A stretch of DNA of 64,000 bases, taken from assembly GCA_030656615.1 (NCBI GenBank), contig JAUSOY010000083.1, positions 58,966 to 122,965 of the forward strand. Reading direction: 5' to 3'. The notes beneath the pieces are model-generated. The model searched no databases. It saw only the letters and a program-made list of their open reading frames with translations, and had not been told where the DNA came from. Each line of letters opens with the position of its first letter. Position 1 is the stretch's first letter. A program made the translations under genes and the position numbers. The DNA is from Bacteroidales bacterium. GTDB lineage: Bacteria > Bacteroidota > Bacteroidia > Bacteroidales > TTA-H9. Positions 8,947-18,077 of the stretch are shown one piece after another.

Positions 8947-9942
8947 ATGACTTTCGAAAATATTATTAAAGATATTCATAATAAGATCTATTATCCTGTC
9001 TATTTTCTTCAGGGAGAGGAAGCCTATTTTATTGATTGTATTTCGGATTTTATTGAGCAATCGGTTCTTAATGAGGCGGAAAGAGAATTTAATCAATCGG
9101 TGGTTTACGGCCGCGATGTTGATGTGAAGTCCATAATTGACCTTGCCCGTCAATATCCCATGGCGGCCAATCATAATGTTGTGATTGTTAAAGAGGCTCA
9201 GGATATAAAGAAAATCGATGATATTCTGCCATACTTCTCTAACCCTACGCCAACAAGCATTGTCGTAATATGTTATAAGTATAAGAAAATTTCGAAGAAG
9301 GCTTTTATCGAAAAAATCAACAAAATTGGTGTGGTTTTCGATGCGAAATCCTTATACGATAACCAAATACCTCAGTGGATAACGAAATACCTTGCCGAAA
9401 AAGGCTTTCCAATAGATGTGCATGCCAGCACATTGCTGGCTGAAAACCTGGGATCTGATTTGTCAAAAATCGTGAATGAACTGGGTAAATTGATGATTAA
9501 TCTGCCAGCAGGGACCAAGGTTACTCCTGAGATAGTGGAAGAAAACATTGGAATCAGTAAGGATTTTAACGTTTTTGAGCTCAATAAAGCCCTGTCATAC
9601 AGAGATGTTGTTAAGGCTAATCGTATCGTTAATTATTTTGCGGCCAATCCCAATGACCATCCGATGGTTTTAGTCATTGGTCAATTAAATGCGCATTTCA
9701 CGAAAATTTTGTTGTATAATTCATTGAAAGACAAATCGAAAAACAATGCAGCGTCAGCATTGGGGATTAATGCATTTTTTCTTAACGATTACATAAAGGG
9801 AGGAAGCAATTTTCCGATAAATAAACTGTATGAAGTCTTTGGTTTGCTTCGCGAGTTTGATATGAGGAGTAAAGGTGTAAATAATGAATCGGCTACTACC
9901 GGAGATTTGCTTCGTGAGTTGATTTTCAAAATATTACATTAA
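8947..9942 (+). CDS. holA: DNA polymerase III subunit delta
   Basis: The N-terminus ...YPVYFLQGEEAYFID..., length and helical C-terminal domain fit HolA. ATG 8947 lies 4 nt after the upstream stop. Confidence 0.85.
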   Translation: MTFENIIKDIHNKIYYPVYFLQGEEAYFIDCISDFIEQSVLNEAEREFNQSVVYGRDVDVKSIIDLARQYPMAANHNVVIVKEAQDIKKIDDILPYFSNPTPTSIVVICYKYKKISKKAFIEKINKIGVVFDAKSLYDNQIPQWITKYLAEKGFPIDVHASTLLAENLGSDLSKIVNELGKLMINLPAGTKVTPEIVEENIGISKDFNVFELNKALSYRDVVKANRIVNYFAANPNDHPMVLVIGQLNAHFTKILLYNSLKDKSKNNAASALGINAFFLNDYIKGGSNFPINKLYEVFGLLREFDMRSKGVNNESATTGDLLRELIFKILH

Positions 9943-9945
9943 ACA

Positions 9946-12900
9946 CTATTGTTTGATTTCCGGCGGAAAGTCGGTAAGTTTTTTCTTTTTCCGGAATAAA
10001 TCCAGCACCGAATTGAATTCCTTACGGTAAAATATTCCAATTCCTTGTGTATAGGGCGCCGTATAATTCAATAAATCGATTTCGTTGGATCGGTTGAATG
10101 CTTTAACCTTGAGTTTGCCGTCATCGGTTAGTTTTACTTCTACTAAAATGTCGCCCACCACATTGCTGGTTCGTCGCGAGTTTTCATCGCCCCTTACACC
10201 AAGATTCCCATCAATGGTAACCCGGTTATCAATAATTTGAGTACGTAAAGCCAGCTCAAGTTCTTGCGAACTGATGGCATCGCCCGGCCGGTAATTTACT
10301 CCAATGTCGAATTCCCGACTGATTTGAGATAACAGATTACTGACCTGATTGGAAATTACCTGGAAGGAAGAGATTCCCAAACTGTTTCCCAATGAGGAGT
10401 TATTCACAGTAAAACTGAAATTATTCAGAACCAGCAGCGAAATGAATTGCTGCGTCATAAGGGTTTCGTTTGTTGTATCCAGTTTGCTGTAAACAATTTG
10501 TCGGAAAGAATCATCGAGCTTTGGGAATTCAATTCTGAATTTTATTTCAGGGTTTATCAGCCTTTTTCGGAGTTGGATAATGCACTTTACGGGTACCCGT
10601 ACACCGGTAATACTCGAATCGAGCTCGAGGCCAAGTCCGGTGAGTGTTGTTCTCGATAAATAAGAAGCTTCCAGATTTATTTCTGCATCGTACGGATTAC
10701 CATCGAATTTAATTGTGGAACCAGGTTCTATTTCCAGCAAACGACTGATAACATTTTTTAGACGGAAAAGAAAATTTCCGCTACTGATCTTATATTCACC
10801 GCTTAAATCAAAATCGCCTTTTGAGCTTATATCAAGTTTAAGGTTTCCCTCTCCACGGCTTTCGATGACTCCGGCATTGGAAGGAAGGTTAATTTCCATT
10901 CGGGCTTCCGGAGTGATATTTAAATCAAAATTCATTGTAAAACCTTGAACCTTGCGTTGGCTTTCAAAAAATGCTGATTTCTGCTCCTGAAGTGTATCTT
11001 TACTTTTAAAAACGATAAATGAACTTTCCAGAATTTCCATGCTGTTGTTTAAGGGAACACTTATTTCTGTACCACGGTTAGTTGTGATGGAAATATCCAT
11101 ATTTATATTATCGGGTGGGCCGGTCACTTTTAATAATCCAGTGCCTGCTGCTTGTCCATAGAAATATCGGTTATGAGTGGCATTGGTATTGAGCATACTC
11201 AGCTTTTCGGGTCTTACGCTTAAATTAAAATAGAAATCGCTTAAATTTTTGTGGGTTATGAACCCTGAGCACAGGGCTTTATTTCCGAGGCTATCGGTAA
11301 GCACCAGTGCAGGTATTTGTATCGAATTTTTCTTTAATTCTATTTCATTGGTAAAAGAATAGAAGGTGTTTAGATAATTAATGCGGAAGCCAGTCCGGAT
11401 AAATTTTATTTTTCCTTCAATCTGAGGTAAGTCTTTTGTGCCATTCAGATGTAAACTTCCCGAAACGAATCCTTGCAAATTACTGACCACTTCCTTTGTA
11501 AAATCTTCAAATGAAGATAATCCGAGATTTTCGAATCCTACGTCGATATCGAAATTTTGATTTTTATCGTATGGATAATAAAAGCCTTTGAGATATATAG
11601 GAGAATATGCAAAATGTTTACCACTCAGAAGTGAGCGGGCATCCATCTGTAAATACTGACCTGCATCATTCCATAAACTACTAACCGTTACAGTTCCTAA
11701 ATTCTGTTTGTTGAAGTGAAATTGTTCGAGGCTAAGGGCTGAAATCACTCTTGGATTATGACGGATGTCGAAAAAGTCGATGCTTCCGTTTATAAACCCA
11801 TCAAGGTTAACATCAAATGGTATAAGAAATGGATCTGTACCGGATAAATCAAAGTTTTTGAAACTGCTTCTAAGCCTCATTGTACTGTCGTTTCCCAACA
11901 ATCCGTCAATAATTACTTCCTGATGATTGGTACTGATTCCGAATTGCCTGAATTGGGTGAAACCCGAATCAAAAACAATTTTATTCTGAGGATGAATCTG
12001 CCATAAACTATCGTCCAATATTATCTTTCCATGAACCAAATGCATGTTGATGGCCTCATCATCAGAAAAACTTATGTACCCGCTCAAATCGCCAGAATTC
12101 TTTTTAGAAGGGTTAATATTATTCCAAACCGTTGAGAAAAAAACACTATCGTTTAATATGTTTGCTGTTATAATAAGGCTATCGGCAGATATTTCTTCTA
12201 TTTTTTCTGTTGATTTAACAAACAGGACTTTTCGTATGCTGTTGGATAATGAAATCAGGTTGTTCTGAGTTTGAGAAAAAAGCTTAACATCCTGAAGTTT
12301 AATTCCATTAATTCCAATTTCAGTGGAAGAGCCTTCGATAAGAAAACTTCGTCCGTCGCTGTCGAAATATCCCGAAAGACGTGTATTGGGGGCTATTTCC
12401 CACTGGGGCATAAAAAGTTCGGTGATTGCGTCCATTTTTTTAAGAACAACCTGATAAGTAAAGTTTTGCCCTGTTGAGTCTCTGACAACCAAATTGTGTC
12501 GTAAATTGAATGATTCCAAGTAGTTGTTTACAAAAAGTTGAACGCTTTCAGCTATTTTACTGAAAAATATTTTCCCCCGGATGTCAATATCTGCAAAATC
12601 GGATTTCAAGCTTATTCGTTTACGTTGTTCCGATTCAGGAATTGTGAGCAGCGTGATTTTGCTTCCCGGGTAACGTGTGTTTTTTTCGGAATAATTGATA
12701 TCATATAATTCGATGGAGCCTTCGATATTGTCAATATTACTGGCTCTGAATTTTGTAAAGATTTTAGCCGAAAGCTGGGCCTTATCGTCATCTCTATCTA
12801 TGAGTCCTAACTTTTGAATGTTGGCATTTTCGATGACCGAAGAAAAATCAAATTCAGGAATATCAGCATCTAAATCGATGGTTCCATCAAATGAAAAATT

Positions 12901-14373
12901 AATATTGGGATCCTGAGTTAGTAGATGGCCACTAAAGCGTTTTTCGGCAAATTCGCCACGAATGCTTGTGTTTGTATAGTTATAACCATATAGTTCTATT
13001 GAATTTATCTGTCCGTTTAATTTAATAAACGCATCATTTATATTTGTTCCCTGGCCTTCAACAATGGCGTTGGCTGTTATTCGGCCAAGGTATTTTTCGA
13101 GAATTAAAAACTTACCCATTTGGAAGTTTTCAAGGCCCAATTTCCCTTCGTACGTCATTTTACCTTTGGCGTTTTGCCGGAGCCCAAGAAACGTATTTAC
13201 ATTTCCCAAACCCGTTTGAATGCTTGCATTGGCCAGAAAATCATTATAAAAACCGGTAAATTCACCCTGAGCTTTAATAAACCCCATGGCTTTTAACGAA
13301 TTAGGTAGTTTGAAGTAATTTGCAATACGATCTTCACCGGGGAGTTGAAAGTTTTCTATATCAGCTTTACTGGTTGTAAATTTATTCATCTGAATCCGGA
13401 TGAATGTTTCTTCGATAGCTGGTAATCCGGAAAACCTTATGCTTCCTTCAAACGCAGTGATATTTCCATAACGTATACTCGCATTTTCTGATTTTAAATC
13501 CACCACAGGGCCCTTAACCAGCCCGGCAAAGGAAATAACATTGTGCATGGCGGTCAGGTAGTTAGAAAATGGACTGAGCTCTGCAAGGTCGATGCGTGAA
13601 GGTCTGATATTACCGGCCATGTATACACTGTCGGTAAATTCTTCCCAGGCGTAATAATTCCGGTAATTAAAAACAAAGTCGAGATCAAAATTGGAATTTT
13701 GTGTGTGTGCTTTAACATCATCGGCACGGAGCCAAATAGGGCTTAAACGGAAATTTCCGGAGAAACCTTTAATGCCGAGTCCTGATTGCTCGTGCCCCGA
13801 AATATTGTTAATTCGGAAATCAAAGGTGTCGCCTTCAATTTTTACATCACGCATCAGGCCATTGATGGAGTCCACTTTTATAAAATGGTAATCCATACCT
13901 GTTGGTTTACCAGATTTGTTTTCGTTATGATAAATAAATGAGGATGCCTTAACGGAAAGTTTTGTACAAATGAGTTTCCAATCGGTAAAACGGAATCCGG
14001 AGGACGTAGTATCTGAACCAAAATTAGATATCAGGTCATTATAATTATAAAGATTATCACCCTTATATTTGTGAATATCAAGATAGAGATTTTCGGCACT
14101 TAACTCCTGGAGATACAGCGTTTTACTAGCAGGTCGTATTCGGCCAATGTTGATAATGAGTTTACGGGCACTTCCAATCGTATTACCGGCTTTGTCGCCC
14201 AGATAAACGTCTTCAAAAATCATGTCGAGAAAGAACGTGATTTTAACTTTTCCAATACTTACTTTGGTGTTCGTTTCCTTTGAAATCCATCCAGCGGCTT
14301 TAGATGCTAATGTCGTTTGAACCTTGGGTATTCGTAGCACAGCATATCCAAGTCCAAAAATAAATATGAACAA
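9946..14373 (-). CDS. tamB: translocation and assembly module protein TamB (DUF490 C-terminus)
   Basis: 1475-aa beta-rich protein with an N-terminal anchor followed by P.VQ, and a C-terminal DUF490-like region. The start is uncertain: the first canonical codon is TTG 14373, but the frame stays open with anchor-like sequence up to 14421. Confidence 0.85.
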   Translation of the reverse strand: MFIFIFGLGYAVLRIPKVQTTLASKAAGWISKETNTKVSIGKVKITFFLDMIFEDVYLGDKAGNTIGSARKLIINIGRIRPASKTLYLQELSAENLYLDIHKYKGDNLYNYNDLISNFGSDTTSSGFRFTDWKLICTKLSVKASSFIYHNENKSGKPTGMDYHFIKVDSINGLMRDVKIEGDTFDFRINNISGHEQSGLGIKGFSGNFRLSPIWLRADDVKAHTQNSNFDLDFVFNYRNYYAWEEFTDSVYMAGNIRPSRIDLAELSPFSNYLTAMHNVISFAGLVKGPVVDLKSENASIRYGNITAFEGSIRFSGLPAIEETFIRIQMNKFTTSKADIENFQLPGEDRIANYFKLPNSLKAMGFIKAQGEFTGFYNDFLANASIQTGLGNVNTFLGLRQNAKGKMTYEGKLGLENFQMGKFLILEKYLGRITANAIVEGQGTNINDAFIKLNGQINSIELYGYNYTNTSIRGEFAEKRFSGHLLTQDPNINFSFDGTIDLDADIPEFDFSSVIENANIQKLGLIDRDDDKAQLSAKIFTKFRASNIDNIEGSIELYDINYSEKNTRYPGSKITLLTIPESEQRKRISLKSDFADIDIRGKIFFSKIAESVQLFVNNYLESFNLRHNLVVRDSTGQNFTYQVVLKKMDAITELFMPQWEIAPNTRLSGYFDSDGRSFLIEGSSTEIGINGIKLQDVKLFSQTQNNLISLSNSIRKVLFVKSTEKIEEISADSLIITANILNDSVFFSTVWNNINPSKKNSGDLSGYISFSDDEAINMHLVHGKIILDDSLWQIHPQNKIVFDSGFTQFRQFGISTNHQEVIIDGLLGNDSTMRLRSSFKNFDLSGTDPFLIPFDVNLDGFINGSIDFFDIRHNPRVISALSLEQFHFNKQNLGTVTVSSLWNDAGQYLQMDARSLLSGKHFAYSPIYLKGFYYPYDKNQNFDIDVGFENLGLSSFEDFTKEVVSNLQGFVSGSLHLNGTKDLPQIEGKIKFIRTGFRINYLNTFYSFTNEIELKKNSIQIPALVLTDSLGNKALCSGFITHKNLSDFYFNLSVRPEKLSMLNTNATHNRYFYGQAAGTGLLKVTGPPDNINMDISITTNRGTEISVPLNNSMEILESSFIVFKSKDTLQEQKSAFFESQRKVQGFTMNFDLNITPEARMEINLPSNAGVIESRGEGNLKLDISSKGDFDLSGEYKISSGNFLFRLKNVISRLLEIEPGSTIKFDGNPYDAEINLEASYLSRTTLTGLGLELDSSITGVRVPVKCIIQLRKRLINPEIKFRIEFPKLDDSFRQIVYSKLDTTNETLMTQQFISLLVLNNFSFTVNNSSLGNSLGISSFQVISNQVSNLLSQISREFDIGVNYRPGDAISSQELELALRTQIIDNRVTIDGNLGVRGDENSRRTSNVVGDILVEVKLTDDGKLKVKAFNRSNEIDLLNYTAPYTQGIGIFYRKEFNSVLDLFRKKKKLTDFPPEIKQ

Positions 14374-14417
14374 TAAGGCAATGTAAACCGATATTTTTAT
14401 TGAGCGTACGATAAGTT

Positions 14418-15077
14418 CTATTTAAATTTGATAATCCACAATTTACCTTCTTTTTCCTCCTCTTTAACGATTTCTTCAACGCTAAAGCTGTCGGGAAGTC
14501 GTAGCCAAATAACCGCTGAGAGAACAACTATTAAAAGTCTGAAAAAATACTGAAGTATAATTAGCCAACCAAACACCTCATAATCAACGCTTACAATCCA
14601 AATGTCTTTGATGATTACAATAAAAGTCAGCAGGCATATTATCATATAGGCTTCGAATTTATAGCGTATAGCCATGGGAATCAGAAGAATATTAATAATC
14701 GAAAAGATAAAAATCACACACAGTGCGGGGATAAATAGCCAAACAGGTAATTCGATAAGCCCGAGTAGTTGGATATAAGGAAGCTCAAAATATACCTGAA
14801 GACCAGTAGAAAGAATAATACTTGCAATAATTAAAACCTTGTACAATCTAAGTTTACGCCTGGTTTCTACGCGAGGAATATCGCGAATAATGGAAGCAAT
14901 TTTCTTCAACTGTCTGTAATCATGGCCGATTTCGCTACCCAAATCCTTCCTGATATAATCAAAGATTTGCTGCTTCGCCCAGCCATCTTTCAGATGTTGC
15001 TGTACCTGCTTTTTTATATGTCGTTTACTTTTTGTCAATGCGTAATAATCATGTAAAAATAACCAGTATTTTACCAA
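14418..15077 (-). CDS. hypothetical polytopic membrane protein
   Basis: 219-aa ORF with a basic helical N-terminal region followed by about four TM helices. Its stop lies next to the tamB upstream region. Confidence 0.5.
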   Translation of the reverse strand: MVKYWLFLHDYYALTKSKRHIKKQVQQHLKDGWAKQQIFDYIRKDLGSEIGHDYRQLKKIASIIRDIPRVETRRKLRLYKVLIIASIILSTGLQVYFELPYIQLLGLIELPVWLFIPALCVIFIFSIINILLIPMAIRYKFEAYMIICLLTFIVIIKDIWIVSVDYEVFGWLIILQYFFRLLIVVLSAVIWLRLPDSFSVEEIVKEEEKEGKLWIIKFK

Positions 15078-15133
15078 TATACATCTATTTCGGTCGTAGA
15101 AATATCCGAATCAGCAAAGGTCTTAAAAATTCC

Positions 15134-15141
15134 TAATTTTG
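15134..15141 (+). promoter_or_regulatory. Bacteroidota -7 box TAATTTTG
   Basis: Perfect TAnnTTTG 20 nt upstream of the tsaD ATG at 15162. Confidence 0.45.
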
Positions 15142-15161
15142 TGATCAATTTAAACACTTAG

Positions 15162-16184
15162 ATGCGAAGCTATATTCTCGGAATTGAATCATCATGCGAC
15201 GATACCTCTGCTGCGGTTTTATGTAACGATCAGTTGTTGTCAAATATTATTGCCGGACAGGATGTTCATATGGGTTTTGGAGGAGTAGTACCCGAATTGG
15301 CATCCAGGGCACATCAGCAAAATATCATTCCGGTCATTGATCTCGCGCTGAAAACCGCAGGGGTTACCCCCGATCAATTGAGTGCGGTTGCATTTACGCG
15401 TGGCCCGGGACTGCTGGGATCGTTGCTCGTAGGAATTTCATTTGCGAAAGGTTTTGCCATGGCCAAAGGAATACCTATTATCGAGGTAGATCACCTACAA
15501 TCGCACATTCTTTCGCATTTCATTCAGGATAAGGAAGGAGTAAGGGCCGTACCCGAATTTCCTTTTCTATGTTTGACTGTTTCTGGCGGTCATACACAAA
15601 TTGTTGAAGTGCGTAATTATTTTGACATGAAAATTATTGGTCGCACCATTGATGATGCGGCGGGTGAGGCATTTGATAAAGCAGCCAAAATCATGGGAAT
15701 TCCATATCCCGGAGGACCACTTGTGGATAAATATGCTAAATCAGGGAATCCCGACGCCTTTCAATTTTCTAAACCCAATATTCAGGGATTGGATTATAGT
15801 TTTAGTGGTTTAAAGACTTCGTTTCTTTATTTTCTGAGAGATCAACTTAAAGAAAACCCGCGGTTTATCGATGAAAATCGGGATGATTTATGTGCATCGA
15901 TTCAACGAACCATCGTGGAGGTTTTGATGGATAAACTGATAAAAGCATCCAAACAAACAGGAATAAAACAAATAGCCATTGCTGGCGGTGTTTCTGCCAA
16001 TTCAGCCTTACGATCGGCGGTATTATTATTGGGAGAGCGAAAAACGCATAAAGTGTTTATTCCTGAATTTCGTTATACGACGGATAATGCGGCCATGATT
16101 GCCATGACCGGATACTTTAAATATTTAAAAGGAGAGTTTGCATCACAGGATGTAACACCATATGCCCGTGGAGGTATGTTATAA
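15162..16184 (+). CDS. tsaD: tRNA N6-adenosine threonylcarbamoyltransferase
   Basis: ILGIESSCDDTSAAV, SGGHTQ and the GGVSAN...DNAAMIA Kae1/Gcp motifs. Confidence 0.95.
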   Translation: MRSYILGIESSCDDTSAAVLCNDQLLSNIIAGQDVHMGFGGVVPELASRAHQQNIIPVIDLALKTAGVTPDQLSAVAFTRGPGLLGSLLVGISFAKGFAMAKGIPIIEVDHLQSHILSHFIQDKEGVRAVPEFPFLCLTVSGGHTQIVEVRNYFDMKIIGRTIDDAAGEAFDKAAKIMGIPYPGGPLVDKYAKSGNPDAFQFSKPNIQGLDYSFSGLKTSFLYFLRDQLKENPRFIDENRDDLCASIQRTIVEVLMDKLIKASKQTGIKQIAIAGGVSANSALRSAVLLLGERKTHKVFIPEFRYTTDNAAMIAMTGYFKYLKGEFASQDVTPYARGGML

Positions 16185-16997
16185 TCAGAGACGGCTGAAT
16201 TTGTCTTTGGATTTTTTTAAATATTCTCCACTTTTTCTGTCAAATCTAAGATAAGGAGTATTTTGACCTTCCAACTGACGGATGTACTCGTTCATAATAT
16301 AATCCCATGTATAGGTGGCGTATTTGCGGCCAAGTTTATCGGCCATCGAGTATATCTTTTCAGGATTCATAGGCGTTTTGCTATGTACATGTAGTATTTT
16401 ATCGGTGCCTTCTTCAAAAAAGAATTCGCTGCGAGGTAATTCGTCGCGAATAAAATTTTCGGTATAAAGTGGAGTTTCATCCATAATGGTATCGTTGAGT
16501 GGATGAATTTCGAGCCAGAGATGAAAGGAAACAGCTTCGAGCGGAATGTCTTTTTCATAAACATTACGTCCGATTTGTTGCGCATCTGTATACTTAATAA
16601 CGTATTCCTTTAGTTCGGAATGGAGCATATTTACAACGTAACTTATTTCTGTTGGCTGACACTGGGGTGCTCCAACATCGAGGCAGGACCTTCCGCCATA
16701 GGCCCTGATTTCGTCCATATATGCGTTTACGAAGTTTTCAAGAAATATTGAATCGTAAATGTATTTTATGTAATTCGATTGATAAAATTGGATAGAATCG
16801 CGGTATGTTTGCGATTTATGCCGAAGATTAGCGGAAGGATATTTTTTAAGATTGGTTTTTTTAATGTATGTGGGAGGTACAACAAAAATGCTGACATTGG
16901 CAGGTTTCTGGTTGAAAGCCATACCGGTTTTTTTTGCGGTATTGCATGCACTCAGAAGCAGTGCCAGAAATACCATAAGCCATAGTTTTTTAAACAT
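16185..16997 (-). CDS. hypothetical lipoprotein
   Basis: Signal peptide with lipobox (LALLLSAC). 270 aa, no family recognised. Convergent with tsaD with zero spacer. Confidence 0.55.
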   Translation of the reverse strand: MFKKLWLMVFLALLLSACNTAKKTGMAFNQKPANVSIFVVPPTYIKKTNLKKYPSANLRHKSQTYRDSIQFYQSNYIKYIYDSIFLENFVNAYMDEIRAYGGRSCLDVGAPQCQPTEISYVVNMLHSELKEYVIKYTDAQQIGRNVYEKDIPLEAVSFHLWLEIHPLNDTIMDETPLYTENFIRDELPRSEFFFEEGTDKILHVHSKTPMNPEKIYSMADKLGRKYATYTWDYIMNEYIRQLEGQNTPYLRFDRKSGEYLKKSKDKFSRL

Positions 16998-17064
16998 GAG
17001 TCAGGATTTTTAAGGGTTACATGAGATTAAAAATTAACAAAAATCATGCCTTCATAACCTTCAC

Positions 17065-17985
17065 TTAGAAGCGGGGTGTATAAATGTGACAATAAGGATT
17101 TCCACCCTTTTTTTGATAATAATCCTGATGGTAATTTTCTGCAGGATAAAATTCTCCGGCCTTGCTTACCTCCGTTACAACATTTAATCCCTTTGTACGG
17201 AGTATCCCTATTAATTTGTGAATAATTTGCTCTTGTTGATTATTTAAGAAAAACACCGCAGAGCGGTATTGAAATCCAATATCGGGCCCCTGTCGGTTGA
17301 GCTGGGTGGGATCGTGTGTTTCAAAAAATTGCTTTGTCAGGGCTTCGTAAGAAACCTGTTTTGGATCAAAAACAACCCGTACAGCTTCTGCATGGCCTGT
17401 ATTTCCATTACAAACTTGTTTGTATGTAGGGTTGTGAACGTGACCTCCGGTATAGCCAACTTCTGTAGAAAGTACTCCTTTCATCTTTTTCATATAAAAC
17501 TCGGTTCCCCAAAAACATCCTGAGGCATAGATTGCGGTGTCTGTTTCAGTCGTTATTTCTTGTTTTTTAATGAATTCCATGGAAAGTGAATTTACGCAAT
17601 GCCTGACGTTTTTTGAGGTTAAACCCTCACCTTTGAATACATGACCCAGGTGCCCGCCACAATTGGCACAAACAATCTCGGTTCTTAGACCATCATTATC
17701 GGGGAGGTGTTTTATGGCTCCTTTTATTTCGTCATCAAAAGCAGGCCATCCGCAATGCGAATCGAATTTATCTTCGGAGTGGTATAAAGGTGTATTACAT
17801 TGTTTACAAACGTAGGTTCCTTCATCAAACATATGGTTAAAAGCTCCTGAATTGGGTGCTTCTGTTCCTTTGTACAGAATGATGCGGGCTTCTTCGGAAG
17901 TGAGATTATTATATTTCATTTTATTTTGCGACCATGAAGTTAGACTGATAGATATCAATACCAGCCATAATAATGTAGCTTTCAT
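17065..17985 (-). CDS. msrAB: secreted bifunctional methionine sulfoxide reductase MsrB-MsrA
   Basis: Signal peptide, then an MsrB domain (two CxxC pairs, RHCVNS) followed by an MsrA domain (GCFWG...). Confidence 0.92.
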   Translation of the reverse strand: MKATLLWLVLISISLTSWSQNKMKYNNLTSEEARIILYKGTEAPNSGAFNHMFDEGTYVCKQCNTPLYHSEDKFDSHCGWPAFDDEIKGAIKHLPDNDGLRTEIVCANCGGHLGHVFKGEGLTSKNVRHCVNSLSMEFIKKQEITTETDTAIYASGCFWGTEFYMKKMKGVLSTEVGYTGGHVHNPTYKQVCNGNTGHAEAVRVVFDPKQVSYEALTKQFFETHDPTQLNRQGPDIGFQYRSAVFFLNNQQEQIIHKLIGILRTKGLNVVTEVSKAGEFYPAENYHQDYYQKKGGNPYCHIYTPRF

Positions 17986-18044
17986 TTATTGGTTTTGAGT
18001 TTACATGTAACCAACAAATTTTTACCTATTTGGTTTATAAATAA

Positions 18045-18072
18045 AAACACCGGATAAATATGTCCGGTGTTT
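18045..18072 (-). terminator. intrinsic terminator downstream of parC
   Basis: Perfect 10-bp stem AAACACCGGA / TCCGGTGTTT with an 8-nt loop. On the minus strand it is followed by a T-run, 6 nt after the parC stop. Confidence 0.7.
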
Positions 18073-18077
18073 TGTTA

